From: Epiperipatus broadwayi
Taxonomy: Eukaryota; Animalia; Onychophora
Reading direction: 5' to 3'
Assembly (NCBI GenBank): GCA_028023455.1
Contig: JAQFVV010000003.1
Location: forward strand, 24,862,001-24,926,000
Length of the DNA: 64,000 bases
Shown: one piece after another, positions 41,286 through 52,621 of the stretch
Numbering within the stretch: position 1 is the first letter of the stretch
Layout: each line of letters opens with the position of its first letter
Notes under the pieces: generated by a model
Seen by the model: only the letters and a program-made list of their open reading frames with translations
The model's database searches: none
What the model was told of the DNA's origin: nothing
Position numbers and translations under genes: made by a program

Positions 41286-41681
41286 TATTAGGCTACAAGT
41301 ATAATTTAATATATTTAGAAATTAGATGTAATTGTAGAGGATTTGAGCACAGACTTTCAAGCACCCTTCAGCTATCAACACAATCTCATACAACCAATAC
41401 AAATGACCACACATCTCCAATATATTTATTTCATGCTGAAGCAGCACTCATTAGTTGGTCCAGATCATTATCTCCCATATATATATAATCAGTGCTTGGT
41501 TTATATTAAGATAGTAAATCTTCAAACTTTAATAAACTAACTGATGAGTGTTGGTTCAGCACGAAATACATATATTGGAGATTGTTTATCTTTTTCACAT
41601 GTGTGTGGTCATGTGTATTGGTTGTATGAAATAGAGTTGGTAGCTAAAGGTTCTTGAAAATCTATGTTCAAATATTCTATA
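41286..41681. mobile_element. Fold-back family B PLE-derived element with an 18-bp TSD
   Basis: Inverted arms at about 41330-41459 and 41536-41681. Direct repeat attaacaatgtatcatta at 41268-41285 and 41682-41699. Confidence 0.7.
41536..41579 (+). ncRNA. Partly degenerate family B hammerhead
   Basis: actaa-ctgatga-gtgtt ggttc agcac-gaaa-tacatata-ttgga. Core and stem II are intact; the stem III palindrome is lost (ACGT to ACAT). The mirror copy at 41416-41459 (-) has a mutated core (CTAATGA). Confidence 0.65.
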
Positions 41682-42354
41682 ATTAACAATGTATCATTAG
41701 ATTTTAATATAATTTTTCAATCATCTTTTAAAACCAGATATAAATAAGAATGATTATGCTAAATATCTTGCTATTTCATTGAATAAGTAGCATCTGAGAT
41801 ATACTCTCTGAGTTTGATTCTAGACTTTGTACAAATTTACTATATTCAAATATGCACAGTAAGAAAAATATGCAGTTTGCTAGAGCTAATAAAAATAAAT
41901 GTTTCTAATACAAATTCTGTATAGAAAAAAATGATGCATTAAGTGAATATCATATCTTTCATTATATCTAAATGTCTACTACCTGATACAATAAGTATAC
42001 TATAATTCTGCAATAAGCAATGTGTTAAGAACACACCTCTGTTTGTTTCCCTTATATTTTAATAATTATTATAATAGTTATTAAAAAGTTTTAATTCCTT
42101 TGACCATTCATCATCAAAAAAATTGGCAGTTAAGAGAATCATATCATATTGCCACTTGAAAGAATAGAAAAAAATCTTTAAGTAAAAAATATATCTTTAA
42201 AAATGAAGATTTCCAAGTTAAAGAAATTTGTTATTTTTTATAGATGTTAAAATTGGAAAGTGAAAAATAAAATAAAACAAGAGATATTATTTATTATTGT
42301 TAATGTAAATCAAATAATTAAAAAAAGTTGAGAAATATTAGATTAAAAAAATGA

Positions 42355-42670
42355 CATATACTTTATTGATTACAACGAGACCTTTGATTTAGGTGAATGT
42401 TAGATTAGACTTGAATCATGAATGCTCTGATTGTAATTATCTTAATCTTGTCATAGTATTTAAAAAATCTAATTTATTACAAAAGAATACTATACTTAAA
42501 AAAATTGGAGGTAAAAATGAAAAAGTCTACAGAAATAAGATGGACTCTATTGTAACAATAATAATGAATATACCAGTGAGGATTCTGAATAATCAAGTAA
42601 ATGATAGGTTAAATATTATCATCAGGAGTCAACACAGACTTTGACAATTTCTCATAAATATATGGGAGAA
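42355..42670 (+). mobile_element. RTE-type reverse transcriptase remnant
   Basis: YFIDYNETFDLGE resembles FIDYEKAFDSVE, and frameshifted GVKQTLTISHK resembles GVRQGDTISPK. Confidence 0.5.
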
Positions 42671-44119
42671 ATAATTAAAATAGTCTTTAAATAGCTCTGT
42701 TAAAAGCAGACTCTTCAATAGTTCCTCATAAATTAAATGGAAAAAAGATAATACCTTCAGAAAGTTGCTAATGACTAGATGATGAGAGTTTATTCTCCAT
42801 CTTTGCTTGGCCCACTGGAAAAATCTACATACTCATTTTCTGACTAATACTGAATTATTAGCCAACTGGCTACGAGCCAACTACATGAAAAAAAATCTTA
42901 AGTCCGTTGAGAAAAAATTTACATTTATTCAGCTTAGACTCAAATTGAGATCATATATATCACAGAAGATATAATTGCACCATGAGACCCACTTATGTAT
43001 ATATATACAAAAAAATTTGATTATGGAAAAAAAAGTCATTACTATATAATACAAGTATTTACAGACAATCTTCTACTTCATTAATCTGTTTACAGCATTT
43101 TATGTAAGATGAATTTGATAAAATTGGATTTCCACTTCAAGTACATGTTTATCATTGGTCATGAGGTATAATAAAAATATTTAATAACAAAGAAATGTAA
43201 AAAATGTAAATATTACTCTACATCACAAACGATGTTCATTCAGCATAAGACACCAAAAAAGAGAACTGTTGAGTGCGCTTAATTTTTGGACTTTATATGT
43301 ACTGGGAATTGCTTGCATAAATAGAAAAATGTTTATACACAGAAATATGCACAAGATTATCATTAAATATATATTTCATTCATTCAAAAATTTAAATAAT
43401 TTCAAATATAAGAAGTGCAATAATATATAGTAGTCTATTCTTATTTATATTATTAAACTCCAGACCTTCAAGTTGATATCAAAATCTGTGAATAATAATG
43501 AATACTATATAAAATAAACTTTTTAAAACATTTAAAAGTATATATTATAGATGTTTTTAATATATATACACACAGGATGTATATAATTATATTACAATTT
43601 AAAAATATATTACAACGTATACATTTTAAATACACATATATAGTATTTTCAATGTTTTTGTTTTATCAGCACATTCCTCATCTCAGCTTTACCAGACCAA
43701 ATAATCAAACCATCCCTCACTATATATGCATTTTTGTGGACAACCTTTGCAAAAGTGAATTCGAGATATTGAAAACCAGATCTTTTTGCCTATGTTGACA
43801 GCCCAATTATACTGTCATGCATTTTCCTTTCTTCACTTTTAATACAATTAATTGAAAAATTACATACTATATACATGTAATCTTGTAATTAAATATTAAT
43901 AAATACAGTAATATAAGATATATATAAAGTACAAGTTTAAAAACTTTTATTCAACTAATCAAAAGTGCTCTTAGGTTGATAAAAGTTTTTAATCTTGTAC
44001 TTTATATATATTTGTTTCTGTATTTATTAATATTTAATTATAAGATTACTTATATTACTTCGAAGAAATACAGATATCGAATAAGATTATCACCACACAC
44101 ACACACATATATATATTTA

Positions 44120-44915
44120 TCATTAAAAAACAGTCAACACTTAGAAAATCCCAATATCAATAACAATCAACAAATTCAAACTGTTGTCAAAGCAACCTTT
44201 TTTTAACAAAAAGGTGGAATGCATCTTTATTACTTGTTCAATATATTTATATAGACACTAAAGATTGCAACTTGACATCAGAGATTGAAATTATTGATAC
44301 AAACAAAGTTTAAATAAACCTCTCTAAACAGGTAAATATAAACTATTCTGAATACAAACTAATATTTATTCAAAAAAAAAAAATACAAACTGCAATTATA
44401 AATTTCAAATTTCACTCAAAGTATTATTTAAATAATAAGTATAATAATGCTCAAGACTTAATGGGTTTATAAGTACTCATTAAAAACCAGTTAACACTTA
44501 GACAATCCCAATATCAATAACAATCAACAATTACAAATCCAATTAGCCTTGAACATTATTACACATATTATTTAAATAATACTGTGGGTAAAATTTGAAA
44601 TTTATGATTGCAGTTTGTAATATTAAAATTGATTATTTATTAATCTACATTCAGAATAGGTTTACCTGTTTAACAGGTTTATTTAAACTTCTTTGTATCA
44701 ATAATTTCAATCTTTGGGGTCAAGTTGCAATCTTTACTGTCTATATAAGTATATTGGACCATTAATAAAGGTGGGGTTCCACCTTCATTGTTAAAGAGGG
44801 TTGCCTTGACAACATTTTGAAATTGTTGGTTGGTATTAATATTAGAATTGTCTAAGTGTTGATTGGATTTTAATAATTACTTACAAACCCATTTTTAGCC
44901 TTGATCATTATTACA
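44120..44915. repeat. Fold-back element with an internal partial tandem copy
   Basis: 44120-44440 is the diverged reverse complement of about 44570-44870. 44441-44540 repeats the start of the left arm and mirrors 44800-44915. Confidence 0.75.
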
Positions 44916-45339
44916 TATATATATGTGTGTATATATATTCTAATATTCTCACAGATAAATAATGAATTCATAGTACTATTTCCGGGAACTTGTGTGTTCT
45001 AAAAATATAATAGCTAAATAGCTGACATTTCAGTTAAATAACAAGTACTTTTCTCAGAGGTCAGATTATAAAAAAATGACCACTACTCTTTTTTATTCTT
45101 GTCCTATAATGAAAATTGAAGATGCTGAAGTGCAAAAGATGCAGTATTAAGTGCTGTTACATTCATAAATTTCAAGTATAAAATACATGGCTGATAGAGC
45201 CATATATGATATTAACTATTGCAGTGATAATATTTGTGTTGCAAATTGGAGAATTAAACTTTCTTTTAAAATGGCTTCAAAGCACAACATTAATGATGGC
45301 AGAATTTCTGCAAAGTCTTAAAAAAACATAATGTGCTTC

Positions 45340-45690
45340 ATTATGAAATTCATGCTGGTATTTACAAAATTATTCCTTACTTATTGGAAATAGCTTGAAC
45401 TCACTCTTTTCAGTAAATCATTTGTTAAAGCCTTTGCATGAATACTGTTATTTTAAACATGATTTGTAACAGTTTAGTGGAATATTATTTTTTTATTCAC
45501 TAAATAATTTTCATATAAATTTTCAAGAACATAAACAATCATAACACAAAGTTCTTTTTCCGTCTTGATAATTTCACAAATAGAGAATTAGTTCATATGG
45601 AATGTTTGACTAGTTTTGGCATGCATGTTTTTCTTTCAGAATTAAACTTATCATCTTCATTTTGTCATGCAAAAAAGCATTTTATAGTTT
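45340..45690 (-). pseudogene. Tigger/pogo-like transposase N-terminal remnant
   Basis: Broken frames LHDKMKMISLILKEK, FSICEIIKTEKEL, IHAKAL and SKE*FCKYQ resemble Tigger-type LSEKVKVLDLIRKEK, SSIREIVKKEKEI, LRQKAL and SKGW. Confidence 0.55.
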
Positions 45691-46154
45691 CTTTCAAGAT
45701 TAGCAGAACTGCATCACTAATACTATTGTTCATTAAGTTCATTCTAAAAGAATCTTAAGATTTTTAAAGTTTAGCAGAGAAATATTGTAGCATACCACTG
45801 TGAGAACTTGATTTATTACAATTAGAACATTAAATATGTAAAACTTAGAGAAGGTTCTGTGAGATTTTTTAAAAAAGCAACCACTGCTATACAAGCAGTA
45901 ATATATTTATGAATTTTTAATTCATACATAAATTTTTAATTTATTTAATTTTTTAACTGTGGGTTATTGAAAGTATTAACTCTGAAATCATGGATATAGA
46001 GAAACTACTACATTACCATATATTTTTCAATTATCTTCTATAAAAAGGAGCAACTCAAAGAAATAATAAATCTATATTTACTAAGCACCTAAAGTGCACT
46101 CAGCCATATAAACATTGCTTAAAGAAGAAGAATCCACTTTGCTAAGCAAACACA

Positions 46155-46740
46155 TACAGGGGACTTAAAAATAATTGGAATTTTGTAATAAAAAATTGTA
46201 TATTTATTTTTAGGTGTCGCGAACTGAATCATTTTAAAAAGTATAGTTTATTTAAGGCAAGGCACCAGTCTAAACCAGTGTTACTTTTTGAAGTAGTCCA
46301 GAAACACTTGCAAAGTGATTCATTTTAATGCTTCTGTCATTCTCCTTCCTAATTCTAAGTCTGCAAAAAAAAAAAATTTGAGACATTTTATCATTCCAGA
46401 GATTTAAAAAAAAATTGCACAAAGTGATAGGCTGAGTCATGCTGAATTTGTAGACAAAATGTCTGCCTATTATGAACTAAATCTGTGAGAAAAATGCTGT
46501 TTGTGGCAAATAAAAAAAATCAGCATTAATTCAACATTTCAGCCATTATAAAAAAATTGACCAATATGCGAAATGCACTTTAGAAAAAAAAAGTGCTACA
46601 TGAACCCACGATTTCACACGGCAATGTCATTTGGCAGATTGATGCAGAAGGGTTCCTGAAAATGTAACTGCAAAAGTATATACTACTACAGGTATACATA
46701 CCAGAGAATGTTTCTGGTTATTTTTGGGTCCCCCCTTGTA
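46155..46740. mobile_element. Possible mariner-type MITE
   Basis: Imperfect inverted termini: tacaggggacttaaaaataattggaa versus the reverse complement tacaaggggggacccaaaaataaccagaa. Confidence 0.4.
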
Positions 46741-47594
46741 TGTACCCAAAAGTATTACATTTTATTAAATAGTCCACTACAGGGCAAAAGTCTCTTTAGT
46801 AGTCCTCACAGAGTAACAATGAAAGAGAAGGTAGTATTTGCATCAGGCTTACCAAGTGATGAGTGATGATGGTTGAATAGTTTTTCTCATCTTTATTTTA
46901 ATATTTAATTAAGATAATCAGATACCTGTTTATAGACCAATATTGGATTGTTAACTGAATCATTAAACAAAAACAAATTCTAAATTTGTTAAAAAACTTT
47001 CAAATCTGTCTGGCCTAGATTTGAATCTAGACTGTATGGATATAAATTGGATTCACTACAACTACATTATGAGGCTTTCCATATTCATAATATATAAATG
47101 TTAAATAATCTTTAGAAAAGTGCATTTAGCATTAAAACTATCTAGAGTACCTTTTTAAAAAATGAATTATATTTATTACTCTTATCTGAAATAAAACAGA
47201 TATATTTTTTATTTATTTCTGCAAAAATAAATAATTCACAAAGGAACAAAAGTCCTGCTGTTTCTTATATAATGTTGATAATTATTTACAATAACAAAAA
47301 TTAATTTTAAAAACCTGCAATAACATATTAGATATAGAAAAAACAACTTTAAATATCCAATATTATAGTAAAGATCGTACCATTTTTTTTTATTGAAGAG
47401 ACTTTTAAAAAAAAACAGTGAAGATTGCCAGTTAATGAATTTTTAACATTTTCATCATCCATGTTTTATCCTTTAGCTAAAAATGGCTAGATATTTACCT
47501 ACTAACAAATAAAAAATGCCAAGCTGGTTTGGCTATAGATGAAATACTAGAAACAAATTTTAATTAAGTTTGAAGATTAAAACAGTTTCTGTTT

Positions 47595-47666
47595 TAACTT
47601 GTCCAAATTCAAACTCTGGTCATATACATAAAATGCAAAAAACACTAACCACTAGGCCACAAGACT
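47595..47666 (-). mobile_element. tRNA-derived SINE head remnant
   Basis: Minus strand reads tggcctagtggttagtg (A box) followed by gagtttgaatt (degenerate B box). Confidence 0.35.
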
Positions 47667-48020
47667 TTTTTAACTATAATAAATGCATTTCTCCCCTCAA
47701 AATATCTAATAAATAATACATTTTATATTAAATTCTTTACCTAAAACAGAAGGAACAAAAGGAATTCAATTAAAGTTTTAAGAGCCTACTACACCATTAA
47801 AATGCATTACTAAAACATGAATTAAAATATTAGAGAACCATATCTAATGTCACCTATTTTAAATATGTAGTTTTGAATTGCAATATAGGTCATTTAATAA
47901 CAATAAAATTTAGTGGTAAATCTATTTCTTCCATTCCAATTTTACCATTTTCTGTAAGTTTGAGTAGTCAACAGATGCCAGAGATCTCATAATGCTTAAT
48001 AATTCACTCTAAAACATCAT

Positions 48021-48152
48021 ATCATTAATTACAATATTTTTTCGTTATAAGATTTTGTTACAAATTTATTGATCGCTTCCTATCTTATCATTAATTACAA
48101 TATTTTTTCATCATAAGATTTTGTTACAAATTTATTGATCGCTTCCTATCTT
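48021..48152. repeat. 66-bp tandem duplication
   Basis: atcattaattacaatatttttt...gatcgcttcctatctt occurs twice, nearly identical. Confidence 0.85.
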
Positions 48153-48239
48153 CACATATTATACATAAAACACTAGTAGTGATCTCTAAAGGTAAGCATT
48201 AGCCAATTATGCATGTGTTTTGTGCCTTAGTGCTCTACC

Positions 48240-48369
48240 TGCCTTGTAGGACACTTGTAAGCATTCTTGAGGATTATGACATTACTGCCTTAGTTTGAAT
48301 CATTTCTAATATTTCAGTAGTAATTGTGCACAATTTGGAACAGAGTTTTACGATAGCATGTTGTTCCAT
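48240..48369 (-). pseudogene. mariner transposase N-terminal remnant
   Basis: Reads MEQHAIVKLCSKLCTITTEILEMIQT, resembling the mariner MEQRA.IKFCFKLGKTATET.EML start. Confidence 0.5.
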
Positions 48370-48746
48370 CACAATACTGTCACAGTTTATGTCATAACTC
48401 ATAATATGTAAGCTAAACAATTACTGTGATAAATATATATAATATTCGAGATTAAATCTCTTGAAGTGACAGTTTCTATTAATAAGTGATAGGTTGTCTT
48501 GCCATAGCATTAAACAATCTTTGCAACAAAAAAGCAGCAGTCTTTTATTATGCCTTACATTATTATATAGAGGAATGACTTAAACAATTTGAGTTAGAGG
48601 AGCAAATTTTAAATGAATCTGGAAATATATTGCTATAGTTTTTTAAATCAATTCTACTTAGCAAAGCATAGCAATTTTTTCTATTTTTTAAACTTTGCAA
48701 ACAAAAGTTCATATAATTGTTATATCCACACTTACGACTATGCCAA

Positions 48747-49423
48747 TGTTATAACTGCAAGTCATACTGTGCGGTCAGCAAATAACATTATACAATTCAC
48801 ACGCTGTTCTTTTCCAACGAGTGCTCTCCAACGAATCGGTCTGCAACGAAGCTCTCCAACAAATTGGTCTGCAATCTCCGCTGAATTGGTCTGCAACGAA
48901 TGCTCTCCAATGAATTGGTCTGCCTCAAAGCTCTCCAAACGAATTGGTCTGCAATGAAGCTCTCCAATGAATGCTCTCAATATCTCTGCTGCGGTCTCTT
49001 TCAGCTACACCCGTGAACTACATTTCCACTGGGTGCTGATCATTAACCGCCAGCACTGACGCGAGATATCTCTACTTAAATACTGCTTACTCAGTACTGC
49101 TTGTCTGCTCTCTACTGCTCTCTATGTTACACAGCTTAGATGTTACCCAGTCTTCTTATCGCTCTCTGACAACTGCAACGATCAATCAATGCACTGACCA
49201 ATAAGGTAACGTCTCTTATCTAGAAACATTTGTAATTAGCAAATATTTCTAGGAATTGTCGATCGCCATTACGTCAATGCACTAATTAAATTCCTCAGCT
49301 ATCAGAGTGCGATCTAAAAACAGCCTTACGAATAAATTCTAGTTTTTCCTGGAGTGCACAAACATGTCTGCCATTTTACAAAACACTACAATAATAAATA
49401 TGTAAAGCTAAACATACATAACA
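48747..49423. mobile_element. Probable solo LTR with an internal ~28-bp tandem array
   Basis: Termini TGTTAT...ATAACA, and more GC- and CpG-rich than its flanks. About 5 copies of ctctccaacgaattggtctgcaacgaag at about 48812-48978. No TSD found. Confidence 0.5.
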
Positions 49424-50852
49424 TTCTCCTGAAATAATCGTTATGATTAATAAGTGATAACTTTTTACCTAGATAACTACAAAATAAATGTGCTCTTTCG
49501 AGCACCATTTCCATTTATACTGAAATGTTGTGCATAAGGATATTTGTATATAAAACTTTCAAGCCTAAATTTTTGGGGTCCCCCCCCAATTATCTTTCCA
49601 CTTTACAGCAAATAATTTAAAAAATGTGTTTACATATAGTATTTATAGTGATTAAATTTGAGAAAATGATGTCTGAGTTACATATGACTGATGAAGCAAT
49701 GTTTTATTGTCAAAATATAGCTTTTTAGTATTTCAGATTAGTGTATATTAGTGTGCTTAATTACCACTACATGCTTGATGGCATTTTTTTTTATGTATAT
49801 ATATATATTTAAAACATTAATCAATCTTAAACAAAATAGGTAATGAACAATTAAAAATTAAATAAAATTTATTTAAAACATCGTTTTTCATTCGTTATAA
49901 GAATTATTAATATGTCTCATTTTTATAATCACATGATAAACTGTTCATCCAATAGCCATCATTCAAATTGTAACACATTAAAAATACTATATATATATAT
50001 AAAGATTAATAAATTCAAGCTTAATACTATCTAATTTTTCAGTGAACAAATCAAATCTGCAAAAAATGATCTAAGTACACTTTTAAAAGCTTCCAATCAT
50101 CTAATAATGATTTCTAATTGTATTGGGCATTTAACCATGTTTATATATTGTTTATATTTTCTTGACTATAAAAGTTTCATAACATTTTCTTTAAAATTTG
50201 TAACGTATTTTATTACTTGAATATTTTATCACATTGCAATCTATGACCTATACTAAAAAAACTAATTTATGGGCCTGATTTTGCATCTTTTCTTTTATAT
50301 ATATAGTTAATGAACACTAATTAACAATTCTAGTATCTGTGACCTAATTCTACCTAACTAATTTTAATCAGATAAAGAGATCTGTTACATCCCATTTACT
50401 GAGTGGCCACTTTACTTACACTATGTTAGAGCAATAATTTAAAGTTTAAAGATTTTTCAGGTTTTGAAACTTAATGCTGACCATTTCAAAAACCTATACA
50501 GTAATTATATATTTTACTTTACATAAAATCTGCTTTAAACATTATTTGACTTTGTGGAGGAAAATGATATATGCCAATTAAGAACCATATTTCCATCAGT
50601 AGATTTAACTCAAACCAATTAAGTCATAGTTCCAAACACTTGTTTAACAGCATCTCTTTTCCAGTTACAAAAACTATAAGATAAACAATAAATAAAATTA
50701 ATGACTACAAACAAGATGACTGCAGCTAGACTTTTAAGATTGTTTTATAATTAAATTACTTCTTCTAATAAGAAGTAGCAGATCTGTATTGATTCCAATC
50801 AGAAACTGCCTTTTACTCCTATTCTGCTATTTTAAAACTAACAATATTAAAT

Positions 50853-51039
50853 AGTCAAAATAAGAGTCATAGATCATATGACCCTATTCTCTTAAGCTTT
50901 TAATTATAAACAATGAATATTACCAAAACCATGGTCAGAAGTTTGGGGGGCGGGGTCCTGACAGAGATATTGTAAATGCTTTCTCTAGCTAAGCATTTAT
51001 CACAAAGCTTGTTGAGGAATTGGCAATCCTCATTGTTTA
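50853..51039. mobile_element. Diverged, rearranged copy of the family A element with a 14-bp TSD
   Basis: 50853-50924 resembles 23161-23245. 50925-51039 resembles the reverse complement of 22792-22906 and includes the 3' half of the ribozyme (aaaaCCATGGTCag). Flanked by the direct repeat taacaatattaaat at 50839-50852 and 51040-51053. Confidence 0.75.
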
Positions 51040-52442
51040 TAACAATATTAAATTTTCAGAAACTATATTTTGGAGTCTTATAAACTAACAACAGGCATAA
51101 TTGATTTTTGCAAAAAAGTAGTGGCTAAACCATAACTATTACTGCATTCTCTTTAACATATGCTAAGGGAATTGTAGTATATAATTGAATGCATTAATTT
51201 TTTGAGAGATTATGTGACATAAAAAATTAAAAGCAATGGGTTGCCCTTTAATTCAAAAACATTTAACTATCAGCATTGAAGAAGTGGCTCTGGTCATTGT
51301 CTTTCTATCTAGAAGATTCAGAATTGATTTCCTGAATAACCTCATTATTTTGGCCCAGTGTAATTTAGTAATAGATACAAAAACTAGTGGTTACTAGATC
51401 AAAGCTCAATTTATCACTTCTGGTGTATGAGTGTGAAACGACCTTCTAAGCAATTAAGTATTCAGTTATTAAACATTAATGACCACAATGCAAACAATAC
51501 ACATAATAATATTCAATAAACTTTAAGTCATGATAAAAAACTTTTCTATTATCAATAATTCTGTAATAAATTATCATCCCAACTGAAAATACTAATAATA
51601 TTTTAAAACCATCACCAATTTCAAGTTTTCATTGTGATATATGTATTTGCTTTATATATTGTCACAAAATGGAGGCATTGCCATCAGATCCAATCATAAT
51701 TTGATTACATCACAACAATCAGCCATCAATCTCAGTCGACGGTAACCAAAACAACTTATAATCAGTTGTATCATGGAAATCAATATTACTGTTAGGTCAT
51801 AATGCAGGAACCCATTGTGGTAAATACAGTAACAGTTGCTGACATTAAATGAATATATATTAGAGTATCACCAGAATAACTTGATTGCTTCCTCTTTAAA
51901 TTATATTAATTACACAGTAGTGACATCTAGCTTCTAACTATAAATGAAAACACTAGCTTTGAATCAAAATGAAAAGTGGTCACAGAGTGGGAAATGGTGC
52001 TAAATAACAATGTAAGCTAAAAGAAATTGGTGGTGGTTGTAATGTTATTATATGCAAAGTGTTGGAATTATTATCCATTCTGTTACCCTAGTAATAAAAT
52101 GTCAAAACGACTTTATTAAACTATAATTGTAATCTACTTATATTTGCAGTTCAACAATAATTTAACATAAACTTATAATTATTGTATGTAATACTATATT
52201 TCTAATTTTAAATTTCATTACCTTTGGTGCTTACTGTTTAATACTTTCTACAAGAAGATATGTGATTCATCAAGTATATGAATAGAGATATTATAATGAG
52301 AACCCATAGACATTATTTAAGTTAGCATAAATACATAGTAATAATTAATTAAAAGAAAGATAATAGTGTAAATTATGCAACATCTAGTAAAAAAATAAAT
52401 AAATAAATATAAGCTTTTAATTTATAAATGATAAGAGCTTAC

Positions 52443-52621
52443 CTTTTTTAACCAAAGTCTGTGAAGATAAGTTTTTCATCTGGCTTAAAGGTAATATTTC
52501 TAATTTAACTTGCTCCCTTAAACTATTTTTAAAAAGACAGCTGGCTTCTGGTAGAGTCATATTTTCTACACTAACTTCATCTATTGCTAAAATCTGATCC
52601 CCAATGTGCAAAGCACCACAT
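52443..52621 (-). CDS. GRIP1: GRIP coding exon, C-terminal half of PDZ3 (179 bp, phase 2 to phase 1)
   Basis: ttaaattatag|A TGT GGT GCT...AAA AAA G|gtaagc. It encodes (R)[59 protein letters not shown](G), resembling GRIP1 [44 protein letters not shown]. Splices in frame to the 58213-58360 exon (AG+A = Arg). Confidence 0.93.
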
